Virus record (IMG/VR): IMGVR_UViG_3300030104_000782
Span: 1-62,424 of that record
Reading direction: 5' to 3' (one strand)
DNA: 62,424 nt
Source of the DNA: a virus
Lineage: Duplodnaviria > Caudoviricetes
Part shown: piece by piece, positions 26,025-34,676 of the stretch
Layout: every line of letters starts with the position of its first letter
Numbering within the stretch: the stretch's first letter is position 1
Notes under the pieces: generated by a model
Databases searched by the model: none
What the model was told of the DNA's origin: nothing
The model's input: the letters and a program-made list of their open reading frames with translations, nothing else
Program-made: the position numbers and the translations under genes

Positions 26025-26287
26025 TAGAGTCTCTCTAAAAAGTTTCTAGCGTATGCCTCTGGTTCGTGGTCAATACTAATACCACTAAAGTGTTGTGCAA
26101 TTACTTCGATGAACTCTTCGGCATCTTTTACCAACGCTTCGAAAATTTCTTCTTCAGTAGACTCTAAGTCAGAGTACTCATTACCCAATGTTGTTACTGC
26201 ATCCCAGTGATCGTGGTTAGCGTTAAAAAACAGATCGCTAGTAAAAGGATCCACCCAAGTTTGTATTTCTAAATTTTGTTTAGACAT
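26024..26287 (-). CDS. Hypothetical acidic protein
   Basis: 87 aa with AGGAG SD. Confidence 0.65.
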   Translation of the reverse strand: MSKQNLEIQTWVDPFTSDLFFNANHDHWDAVTTLGNEYSDLESTEEEIFEALVKDAEEFIEVIAQHFSGISIDHEPEAYARNFLERL

Positions 26288-26310
26288 ATTTTTCTCCTAT
26301 TTATATAAAA

Positions 26311-26407
26311 GAAGTTACTACCAACACAGCGCCACTGAGGTAGTTTTGTGAAGAGGGGTTGAAAGCGTCCCTCGTAGACCTCGTTTTTATGTATCGATAG
26401 TAACTCC
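26311..26407 (-). ncRNA. Candidate ~100-nt structured small RNA
   Basis: 18-bp closing stem with five G-U pairs that form only on the minus strand, nested stems, own promoter, U-tract at 3' end. Confidence 0.65.
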
Positions 26408-26416
26408 ATATCCATC

Positions 26417-26445
26417 ATGATACTCCTTAACTTTTTAAAAGTAAA
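26417..26445 (-). promoter_or_regulatory. Promoter for the candidate sRNA
   Basis: TTTACT, 17 bp, TATCAT. Confidence 0.65.
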
Positions 26446-26453
26446 GTAGTTTT

Positions 26454-26693
26454 TTAATGTAAAGTTTGGTACACGTCTTCGTATTCTTCCAGAGCAGATT
26501 CTGTAGCATGAGCGATAAGAAGTCTCATCACGTCTGGTGTTATTTCTGATTTTAAACCAACTGCTAATGCTGCCCAAACTAATGCGATGACAAGAGCTTG
26601 ATCTTCCTTGTCTGTATCTGACAAGACTGAGTACACTTTTACACAAAGACCTTCGGCTAGATCCATAACACGTTGTATTTCGTCTTCTTCCAC
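26454..26693 (-). CDS. Hypothetical protein
   Basis: 79 aa, GTG start just below a TATGAT box. Confidence 0.5.
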   Translation of the reverse strand: MEEDEIQRVMDLAEGLCVKVYSVLSDTDKEDQALVIALVWAALAVGLKSEITPDVMRLLIAHATESALEEYEDVYQTLH

Positions 26694-26734
26694 AGCAAGT
26701 TATCATAAGTATATTAACATGTTTTGTATAGTTA

Positions 26735-28249
26735 TTAAAAAGGATCCTGTTTCATGTTAGGTAGTTCTATGTCAGCCTCTTCATTTACAAAAGCTGAAAT
26801 CACCCAAGCATTTACACCTCTACCTTTTATATTGAAAAATGTATGTTCGGCTCCCATGTCTTTTAATTTTACCACCACCTGATTAGTTTTCATTTCCATA
26901 AACCTGTGACGCTGTAGGTAATCCATTAAATCACGTATTCTAAAATGTGTTTTATTTTCATTAGTCCAAGGTTTACCAAGTAACATTTCTTCTCGCGTAG
27001 ATGCTTGTGCTATGTCAGTACAAAAAGATTCTAAGAGTTCATTAAACTGTCCCTCTATAGATGCGTCTTCACTTACGTCTATAATTTCTAAACCATTTTC
27101 TAATAAAGACTGCACTAAACCCTGCCAAGTTTGTTCTTTCATTTTAGGTGGCATAATATTTAATGTTTCCATACAAACACGTTGAAAACGTATTTGGTTT
27201 TGTAGTTGTTCAGTTGTAAGTTCAAGTCGTTTGTCATTTACTGACATAAACCACAGTGGTGGGTCAGTGTTTAATTTAGCTAAACTAGAAAACAAAGGAG
27301 CGTCGTGACCAGCACCTACACCGAACTTACAAGTTCTGCATTTAGTGGGGTTACAATATGATTTTATAGGTTCATCACTACACTTATAGTTGTAATCTTT
27401 CTTTTTATGTTGTTGTATTAACATAGAAACTTCTTTTGCTGGTAGAGGTGGGTGAAAATATTTACGATTATAGTCCTCTAGTTTTTCTTCCCAAGACTCA
27501 GGATGTGCCTTTTGTAAATACACGGCAACATTAAACAAGCCATTGTTACGTGTACCCTCAGGAAAACCTTGTTTTAACAATATTTTTAAACAAGGTGGTC
27601 CATACTTTAAATCATCAACAACAGTCTCGATTTGTATGTCGTATAAATCTTCAGCTGTAGTTACCTGTCGTTCAATAGCGAAAGATAAAAACTCTTCTAT
27701 AGTTAATGCTTTACCTGTTGTTGATAAACCATACCGAGTAGATTCCTCACCCCCATAGTATGGCATGTTTAACCACGAACCTATATCACCTCTGTCTGCT
27801 AATACTTGTCGTTGTTTAGGAAATATTTCTAAACCACCGAAACCCAATCCTGCTGCTATTTCTCTTAACTTATCTTGCATTTCACCTGCCTCAACAGGTT
27901 CAGCTACGAATAATAATATATGTGCCCCACCACTCTTACTTCTACAAACAACCAGTGGTAACTTTTGTACCTCTATCTTGTTTACTAACTCAGCTATATC
28001 TAACGGATATACATCTACATCTATACAACCCCAATGACATTGGTTGTCATCGTCTATAGGAATAACTCCTAAACCATACTCTCCCTGTAAATGCTTTTCC
28101 CAAAGTTCCACAGTTGGTCCAGATGTTTTAATTGTAACAGCTTTTCCTTGTTTTTTACCATCGTTTCTATTATTTTTAATTTCAAAACTACCATGTGCTC
28201 TTTCGGATCCTTTGAATAGCTGACAAAACTGTTCTGCTATCTTTTCCAT
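26735..28249 (-). CDS. AEP-type primase (prim-pol domain plus PriCT)
   Basis: IDVD, SKSGGAH, EIFPKQ, PPCL and EGTRNN motifs. Confidence 0.8.
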   Translation of the reverse strand: MEKIAEQFCQLFKGSERAHGSFEIKNNRNDGKKQGKAVTIKTSGPTVELWEKHLQGEYGLGVIPIDDDNQCHWGCIDVDVYPLDIAELVNKIEVQKLPLVVCRSKSGGAHILLFVAEPVEAGEMQDKLREIAAGLGFGGLEIFPKQRQVLADRGDIGSWLNMPYYGGEESTRYGLSTTGKALTIEEFLSFAIERQVTTAEDLYDIQIETVVDDLKYGPPCLKILLKQGFPEGTRNNGLFNVAVYLQKAHPESWEEKLEDYNRKYFHPPLPAKEVSMLIQQHKKKDYNYKCSDEPIKSYCNPTKCRTCKFGVGAGHDAPLFSSLAKLNTDPPLWFMSVNDKRLELTTEQLQNQIRFQRVCMETLNIMPPKMKEQTWQGLVQSLLENGLEIIDVSEDASIEGQFNELLESFCTDIAQASTREEMLLGKPWTNENKTHFRIRDLMDYLQRHRFMEMKTNQVVVKLKDMGAEHTFFNIKGRGVNAWVISAFVNEEADIELPNMKQDPF

Positions 28250-28259
28250 AATTGTCTCT

Positions 28260-28339
28260 TATACTCTGCTGGTTGTTATTTAGGAGTAACCAGCAATCTC
28301 CTGCCCTTAGTATAGGCACAGTGCGATTATGTACACTGT
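28260..28339 (-). promoter_or_regulatory. Structured intergenic leader upstream of primase
   Basis: Three hairpins plus two loop-to-flank complementarities (AGGAG/CTCCT, TATACT/AGTATA). Confidence 0.45.
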
Positions 28340-28349
28340 TTATCAGCAT

Positions 28350-29126
28350 TTAAAAAGGTGCTTCGTCTTGTTGACTAGCTTTTACTGAGCCAGTATTTAC
28401 GTTTTGACTAAACTGCTTTGCTGCAGAGTATATGAAACCATCATCAGCACCTAGTTGTTCATCTAATGAGATATCCCAACCGAACCATGATCCTTGGTCG
28501 TTTTGCTCTACTACAGAAGTGAGTTTATATTTATGTGAAAAAGTTGGTGGTGTGAACACATTACCATCTTTCGTCCTTATTTTCAAACCTGACATTATAG
28601 AGTTCCATTTTTTAGATTTTTTTAGCTGACTACCACCGAAAGCGAGTATTGCTTGATTAAAGCCACCTTGTTCATCTAAAACTAACACATAATGGTTTGC
28701 AGTCGTTGAAAGCAAGTTGCCATTAGGTAAGTAATCCTGCCCTTTTTCACTTCTGCTTACTTCTTTGAGTATCTCAGAAGACTCATGCACGGCAGCAAGA
28801 CCTTTTCTCTCAGGCATCCATTCTAAATAGTTTCTTTTATATGCTACTGGTACAACTAACACACCTTTGTCACCTTTGTATAGTGTGTTATCGACAGTAT
28901 TAAATATGTCACCCTGTTCACAATCCTTTATATATTTACCATCACGCGAGTTCACTTGTGGACTTTGTGCTTGTGTTATACGAAGGAAAGGAATCGCTAA
29001 ATCTTCTGATGTTACGTTTTCTAAGCCAGAGTTGGCATCAGCTAACATGTCTGCTTCGGATATAGCTAGTTCATTCTTTTGTTGTTTTGCTATTGGTTCT
29101 TTTTTATTTTCTACTTTATCATTCAT
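28350..29126 (-). CDS. Putative ssDNA-binding/annealing protein
   Basis: DLAIPFLRI.Q..SP, SQLKKSKKWN, acidic-aromatic tail DEAPF; upstream of primase. Confidence 0.65.
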   Translation of the reverse strand: MNDKVENKKEPIAKQQKNELAISEADMLADANSGLENVTSEDLAIPFLRITQAQSPQVNSRDGKYIKDCEQGDIFNTVDNTLYKGDKGVLVVPVAYKRNYLEWMPERKGLAAVHESSEILKEVSRSEKGQDYLPNGNLLSTTANHYVLVLDEQGGFNQAILAFGGSQLKKSKKWNSIMSGLKIRTKDGNVFTPPTFSHKYKLTSVVEQNDQGSWFGWDISLDEQLGADDGFIYSAAKQFSQNVNTGSVKASQQDEAPF

Positions 29127-29129
29127 TTT

Positions 29130-29696
29130 TTAACCTTTTGTTATTTTAGTTTTTTGACCTACATAAACATTAAAAGTTTCGAATGGGAGGTCAGTACCAC
29201 TCTCAACTTGCTCTCGTGCAAACGCTTTGAGAGTCATAGGCTCTACCCAGCGTTTGTTTGAAGGTGAGTAACCTTGCGAAGTTAAACTTTGCAACATAGT
29301 CTCAGCAGATTCGTCTTCCCCTCGACCAAACTGTAAGGACACAACATTTTTTATAATGTCTTCGTGTCCGTTAGCTTTCAGCCAAGCGAATGCTTCCTCT
29401 TCCTTCTCTTTCCCGATACGAGCAGAATAAAACTGCTGTACAGAAACCTTTACACCATCTGCTAATTTTATCTCCGATAAATTACATTCACGCATAGCAT
29501 CTGGTAACCTTTGTTCCGATATATCTTTCAACTCTTTCTTGAGGTCGGCTAGTTTTTCTTCTGCTACCGATACCTCTTCAGTTAATCGTATTTGTTCTTG
29601 TGCCCAAAACGATACTTCTTTTAATGAGTCGTTTTTTAATTGGCTATTTATTTCTGGGTTAGAATCTTCTTCCCACATTTTTTCTATATCACTCAT
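29130..29696 (-). CDS. Conserved replication-module protein
   Basis: Coiled-coil plus AFAWLK.NGH.DIIK and MTLKAF.RE motifs. Confidence 0.6.
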   Translation of the reverse strand: MSDIEKMWEEDSNPEINSQLKNDSLKEVSFWAQEQIRLTEEVSVAEEKLADLKKELKDISEQRLPDAMRECNLSEIKLADGVKVSVQQFYSARIGKEKEEEAFAWLKANGHEDIIKNVVSLQFGRGEDESAETMLQSLTSQGYSPSNKRWVEPMTLKAFAREQVESGTDLPFETFNVYVGQKTKITKG

Positions 29697-29705
29697 ATTT
29701 TTCCT

Positions 29706-30011
29706 TTATTTGAAATCTACACTAACAGGGAAGTATTTATACTCCCTATTGTCCCATTTTAAAAACTTAACAACTCCAGAAGTTTTGGCAGCATAGTGTG
29801 TTGCGATCCCAATAGATATCGGATCGCCGACTAAAAGTAAATAATCTTCTTCCCCAAAAGTTTCTAGACCTGAACGTATTTTGTTTACAGCAGATTCTGT
29901 AGAAAACATAAGATTGGTGTTAGGTGGTAGAAGGAACTCTAACTCACCATACTTTGTAGCTGCAAGGAGATTTTTTCCTGTTGCTTCTTGTATCGCATAT
30001 ACTTTTGCCAT
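29706..30011 (-). CDS. Conserved hypothetical protein
   Basis: DYLLLVGDP..LKWD motif; first gene after leftward promoter. Confidence 0.6.
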   Translation of the reverse strand: MAKVYAIQEATGKNLLAATKYGELEFLLPPNTNLMFSTESAVNKIRSGLETFGEEDYLLLVGDPISIGIATHYAAKTSGVVKFLKWDNREYKYFPVSVDFK

Positions 30012-30047
30012 TCTTTTTTCTTTCCTCTAGTTTCTGTTAACAGTCAG

Positions 30048-30076
30048 ATCATAAACCTTACACAGCAAAAAGTAAA
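30048..30076 (-). promoter_or_regulatory. Leftward promoter of replication arm
   Basis: TTTACT, 17 bp, TATGAT. Confidence 0.65.
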
Positions 30077-30078
30077 GG

Positions 30079-30230
30079 GTATTGGCTATCGCCTTCATGA
30101 ACAACGGATTTTACGTTATAGTTGTAGTAAAAGTTATGAAACAGCCAATAAGCCAATAACATAGCAGGCAAATGTGCAAGAGTAAAGAGATTTCAGGCTA
30201 TTGTTTACTCACTATTGAGTGACTATTAAA
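30079..30230 (-). repeat. CAATA-box element copy 2 (inverted relative to 9649-9801)
   Basis: See copy 1. Confidence 0.75.
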
Positions 30231-30249
30231 CAAAAAAACTTAATACTCC

Positions 30250-30279
30250 TTTACTGATTCGTTAATATAGGTATATGAT
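30250..30279 (+). promoter_or_regulatory. Rightward promoter
   Basis: CTCCTTTACT, 18 bp, TATGAT, then AAAGGAG SD. Confidence 0.6.
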
Positions 30280-30301
30280 ATGAACAAGAAAGGAGACTAC
30301 T

Positions 30302-30787
30302 ATGAATATATTTTACGTCAACGAAGATCCCACCGACGCTGCCATCTGTCTACCAGATAAACTCGTAGTAAAAATGCCTTTAGAATCTGCTCAAATGTTA
30401 TGCACTGCACATCGTGTGCTCGACGGCGACGAGCGTGCTGATAGTTTAGGTTTGTATAAGACTGCTATGAAAAATCACCCATGTACTATATGGGCACGTG
30501 AAACTAGTGATAACTACATGTGGCTTTACGAACATTTTTACGCATTATGTAGCGAATACACTACACGTTATGGTAGAGAGCATTTGAGTTTTACTAAATT
30601 AAACGATAAACTATGCAAGCTACCTTTAAATATATCTATAGCACATAAAACTACCATGCCTCAAGCGATGCCAGACGAGTATAAATGCCAAGATCCTATA
30701 AAAGCATATCGTGATTATATGGTAAACGAAAAACATTACGCTAAATGGAATAAAATACCAGAGCGACAACCTATGTGGTGGTCTTAG
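30302..30787 (+). CDS. Pyrimidine-dimer DNA glycosylase (DenV/endonuclease V-like)
   Basis: MNIF..DK.VVKM.LESAQML.TA..NHPC.IW..EY..RYG..H. Confidence 0.8.
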   Translation: MNIFYVNEDPTDAAICLPDKLVVKMPLESAQMLCTAHRVLDGDERADSLGLYKTAMKNHPCTIWARETSDNYMWLYEHFYALCSEYTTRYGREHLSFTKLNDKLCKLPLNISIAHKTTMPQAMPDEYKCQDPIKAYRDYMVNEKHYAKWNKIPERQPMWWS

Positions 30788-30788
30788 T

Positions 30789-32231
30789 ATGAAACAAGCA
30801 TTTGTATTTAAAACTGAACCTTATGAACACCAGTTAACTGCGTTAGAAAAAAGTTGTGACACAGAAAATTACGCATATTTTATGGAAATGGGTACAGGTA
30901 AGTCTAAGGTGTTAATAGACAACATAACACATCTATACACCAAAGGAAAAATAAACGCAGTTTTAGTCGTAGCACCTAAAGGAGTCTATCGTAACTGGGC
31001 AAAACGAGAGATACCTATACACTTACCAGACTTTATAGAAAAGAACATATATCTATGGACTCCTGGAGAGTCAGCTAAGATGCTAAAAGAAAAAGAGGAG
31101 TTTATAAAACCCTCATCAGTGATAAAGTTTTTAGTAATGAACGTAGAAGCATTGAGCACACCGAAAGGTGTTAAGTATGCGTGGAAATTTATAGCTAACC
31201 ATGACACCCTTATGGCAGTTGACGAGAGCACAACTATAAAAAACCCAACAGCAAAACGTACAAAAAACATAGTTAAACTAGGTAAGTATTGTTATTATCG
31301 TAGAATACTAACTGGTTCACCTATAACTAGATCACCACTAGACATATACACACAATGTCAGTTTTTAGACCCAGCATTATTAGGGTTTAGTTCTTATTAT
31401 TCGTTTAGAAATCGTTATGCATTGCTCGTAGACAGGAGTGCAGGTGGTCGTACTTTTAAACAAGTTGTTGGTTTTCAAAACTTAGACGAACTAAATGGTT
31501 TGATGCAACCTTTTAGTTATCGTGTATTAAAAGAAGATTGTTTAGATTTACCAGATAAAGTGTACACAAAACGTGAGATAGAGATGTCACCTGAGCAGAA
31601 AAAAGTGTATAAGGAAATACAGAAGTATGCTATATCAGAACTGTCCGTAGGCACTGTGTCTGCTTCTTCGGTGATTACACAAATTATACGTTTACATCAG
31701 ATTGCCTGTGGTTTTGTTTCTACTGACGACAATGTAATTACAGATATTAAAAATAATCGTACGGAAGAATTATTACAGATATTAGAGGAAACAGAAGGTA
31801 AGGTGATTATATGGGCAAATTACCGACACGATATAAACAGGATATATAAGCTGATTGTAAAAGAGTATGGTGAGGAAAGTGTAGGAACATATTACGGAGA
31901 TACCTCCGATGCTGATCGAGAAGATTTAATTACAAAGTTTCAAGACAAAGATAGTCCTCTACGTTTTTTCGTAGGTAACACACAGACTGGTGGTTATGGT
32001 ATTACGTTGACTGCTGCGAGTACTGTTGTTTATTTTTCTAACAGTTATGATTTAGAAAAGCGTTTACAATCAGAAGATCGTGCTCATCGTATCGGTCAAA
32101 CTAATAAAGTTACATATATTGACATCGTTTGTAAAGATACAGTCGATGAAAAGATAGTAAAAGCACTGAGGAACAAACTTAACCTAGCACAAACAGTTAT
32201 GGGCGAAGACAACTGGAAAGAGTGGTTATAG
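30789..32231 (+). CDS. SNF2-family SF2 helicase
   Basis: MGTGKS, DES, LTGSP, G.GITLT and QSEDRAHRIGQ motifs. Confidence 0.95.
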   Translation: MKQAFVFKTEPYEHQLTALEKSCDTENYAYFMEMGTGKSKVLIDNITHLYTKGKINAVLVVAPKGVYRNWAKREIPIHLPDFIEKNIYLWTPGESAKMLKEKEEFIKPSSVIKFLVMNVEALSTPKGVKYAWKFIANHDTLMAVDESTTIKNPTAKRTKNIVKLGKYCYYRRILTGSPITRSPLDIYTQCQFLDPALLGFSSYYSFRNRYALLVDRSAGGRTFKQVVGFQNLDELNGLMQPFSYRVLKEDCLDLPDKVYTKREIEMSPEQKKVYKEIQKYAISELSVGTVSASSVITQIIRLHQIACGFVSTDDNVITDIKNNRTEELLQILEETEGKVIIWANYRHDINRIYKLIVKEYGEESVGTYYGDTSDADREDLITKFQDKDSPLRFFVGNTQTGGYGITLTAASTVVYFSNSYDLEKRLQSEDRAHRIGQTNKVTYIDIVCKDTVDEKIVKALRNKLNLAQTVMGEDNWKEWL

Positions 32232-32304
32232 TCATACACACAAGGACTTTACATAGAGTTATACCTTAACAACTACACAAAAACCAACGCACACACGCGA
32301 GTTT

Positions 32305-33582
32305 TTAGTCTTTTAAGGAATTAATTTGAGATCTTAGTTCGCTTATTTTATTTTGTAGTTTTGTAAGATTTCTTACAGACATTAAACTTCCTTCTTGTCT
32401 TAACTCACTTTCTAACCTATATAAATCTCTTTCTAACTCATTTATTTTTTCTTGTCTCATCAAGTTCTGAGTTTTTAATAAACTAGCTTGTTCACTTTCT
32501 GTTAATCTGTCAAACATAGGATCGTTAAGTGTTTTGCTACCTGTTTCTGTACCAGAAGTTTGCATCAATCTTTGAGTTTTTAGTCTAGATGTTTCACCTA
32601 AATCAAACAGTTGTTCATCTATCTCATCTATTTCATCTTGCGGAAATAATCTACGTGCTTGATCAGGTGGCATACGTTCAGTCATCGCTTCGTGATTTCT
32701 TATTAACTCTTCTTTTCTTCTATTGAGTTGTACTTCACGTGCTATACGATTTCTGTTTTCAAAAGTTGTTCTAGATTTTAATAGTTCAGGACTTAACTCA
32801 TTACCTCTAGCAACATCATCAGCATAATCTGCTAACCTGTCTTCGTTAGAAGCTATAAATGCATCTAACTCAGCATCGCTCATGTTTTCTATGTTTTCTT
32901 TTTGTTTTTGTTTTAAAGTTTGTGTTTGTCTCTCCATTCTACTTCCTCCGCCAGTCATATTATCTGATCCTTTGGAAAAGTAAAGGGGTATTTCTACACC
33001 CTCAGGAGTTACCATAGTAGATTGTTCACCTGATTTAAACAGTTGTCCTATTCCAGACATAGCATCTCTACCTAAATCAGCAAAAGTTTTTCTGTTTGCA
33101 GCTGCAGCAACAGCTGGTGGTAAACCTGCTAGAGCAGCAGTAATTCCTCCTGCAAGTGTTTCACCTTTATCAATCATACCCTTAGCATCACCCATAAGCA
33201 TACCTGATTCTAGTAGACCAGAACCTAATGCTACTCTAGGGAATATTGTACCACCACCTGATAAAATCATTAATGTTTTATCTGCCATACCTAAATCTGA
33301 AGGATCTAGCATAGCTTCACGCATAGGTCTAGATAAAGGTACATCTATGTTTCCTTCTTCGTCTCTAGGTAATTCTGAGCCATATGTTCGTTGCAAAAAC
33401 TCTAAGTATTTTTCTTCTTCGCTTTCGCCTAACAACCCTTCACCTAGACGTTCACCTGTTTCACCTAACGCTTGTTGTAGTCTGAACCTAGCCTCGTCTC
33501 TCCACGATCTACGTCCTCCTGGTGGTTTTAATTCTTGTGCCATATTAACAATTCCAGTCTCTACGTGCCCAGTAGTTTGCAC
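32305..33582 (-). CDS. Putative internal virion protein
   Basis: 425 aa helical; last gene of internal-protein block. Confidence 0.5.
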   Translation of the reverse strand: MQTTGHVETGIVNMAQELKPPGGRRSWRDEARFRLQQALGETGERLGEGLLGESEEEKYLEFLQRTYGSELPRDEEGNIDVPLSRPMREAMLDPSDLGMADKTLMILSGGGTIFPRVALGSGLLESGMLMGDAKGMIDKGETLAGGITAALAGLPPAVAAAANRKTFADLGRDAMSGIGQLFKSGEQSTMVTPEGVEIPLYFSKGSDNMTGGGSRMERQTQTLKQKQKENIENMSDAELDAFIASNEDRLADYADDVARGNELSPELLKSRTTFENRNRIAREVQLNRRKEELIRNHEAMTERMPPDQARRLFPQDEIDEIDEQLFDLGETSRLKTQRLMQTSGTETGSKTLNDPMFDRLTESEQASLLKTQNLMRQEKINELERDLYRLESELRQEGSLMSVRNLTKLQNKISELRSQINSLKD

Positions 33583-33823
33583 TACATCTATCAGTTGAAC
33601 CTTTTATTCCACCACTACGAGCACAGTAGCTTTTCTTTCTACTTTTGTCTCCAGGATGTTTACCTAGTTTTTTGTCACCGAAAGTTATACGTTTAACTTT
33701 ATTGCCACCACTACTACATTGACCAACGAAAACTACTTTCCGTTTCTTACCATATCCAGGTTCTCCAGGACGTATCGCTCTTGGTTTGTTTAAAGTTACT
33801 TTTTTACCTTGATATTCTGCCAC
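33545..33823 (-). CDS. Small basic Cys-containing protein
   Basis: KSYCARS..SANYWAR..W.C motif. Confidence 0.6.
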   Translation of the reverse strand: MAEYQGKKVTLNKPRAIRPGEPGYGKKRKVVFVGQCSSGGNKVKRITFGDKKLGKHPGDKSRKKSYCARSGGIKGSTDRCSANYWARRDWNC

Positions 33824-33824
33824 A

Positions 33825-33977
33825 TTATTTCCCTAGTTTTGACATAGCTTTTTTATGAGCAGCTGTAAAAGAAACACCTTTTCTCATTTCACTTTTCATA
33901 AAATTCATGTGTTCTTTAGTGTGATGTTTCTCGTGTTTTTTCAAACGCTGCATTTGTTGTTTAGTTATTTCTGGCAT
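33825..33977 (-). CDS. 50-aa basic His-rich protein
   Basis: MPEITKQQMQRLKKHEKHHTKEHMNFMKSEMRKGVSFTAAHKKAMSKLGK; GGAG SD; below ORF-track cutoff. Confidence 0.6.
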   Translation of the reverse strand: MPEITKQQMQRLKKHEKHHTKEHMNFMKSEMRKGVSFTAAHKKAMSKLGK

Positions 33978-33998
33978 ATTTTTTCTCCGTTGTTAAAA

Positions 33999-34676
33999 TT
34001 AATAACTGTTATTATACATACCTCCGCCTGCGAGTGTAGCTAAATTATCTGCTGGTCTTGTTGGTTCTAGATCTTGAACCACAGTTGATGCAGTGAAGTC
34101 TGGTAACAAAGTTTCTAAACCTGAAGGCATACCTGTCAGTCCTGTTGGTGGTATGAAATTTTGTCCCCCCAAAGGTGTAACACCTCTAACTGGTAGCTCA
34201 GCTAGAGGCATATTAGGAACTATAGGTAGATTCGGTATAGTTTCTTGATTGTAAAAATTATAGTTATCAAGTATATCTTGTACATTTTGATTGTATTCAA
34301 TAACCTCGTCCATTGGATCTATTATGATTTCGTCTTCAGGTGGTTCATCTACAGGTGGTGTGTCTACAGGTGGTGTGTCTACAGGAGGGTTAGGATCTGC
34401 TATCACACCAGCATTTACTAATAAATTTTGAAAAGCAGAAGCTTGTTGATTCGCTAAGTTTTGAGCAGGAACATTAGTTAGACTTGCTCGCAATCTTTGT
34501 GCCTCAGCTTGTTGTTGTAAATCGCTAGGAGGAGAATATGTGTTAACTAATGTTTGTATACCTTCGTTATATCTAGGAGGAGGTGGTGTATAGGCAGGCA
34601 TCTGTTCAAGTTTTTCTAAATCACCATACTGTTGGTTATTAAACCCCATTGTTCCGAAATTTACTCGTTCAACCAT
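33999..34676 (-). CDS. Pro-rich putative virion protein
   Basis: PPVDT 15-bp repeats at 34348-34388; C-terminal LAGGGMY. Confidence 0.55.
   Translation of the reverse strand: MVERVNFGTMGFNNQQYGDLEKLEQMPAYTPPPPRYNEGIQTLVNTYSPPSDLQQQAEAQRLRASLTNVPAQNLANQQASAFQNLLVNAGVIADPNPPVDTPPVDTPPVDEPPEDEIIIDPMDEVIEYNQNVQDILDNYNFYNQETIPNLPIVPNMPLAELPVRGVTPLGGQNFIPPTGLTGMPSGLETLLPDFTASTVVQDLEPTRPADNLATLAGGGMYNNSY

Noticed and set aside
26311-26407. 6S RNA, SRP RNA or tRNA
   Set aside because: Too short for canonical 6S, no SRP GGAA domain-IV motif, no cloverleaf or T-loop
26269-26706. 145-aa minus-strand ORF
   Set aside because: Atypical Arg/Ser/Cys composition; overlaps a better ORF, a promoter and a structured RNA
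28260-28349. Hammerhead, pistol or twister ribozyme
   Set aside because: Required conserved core nucleotides not found on either strand
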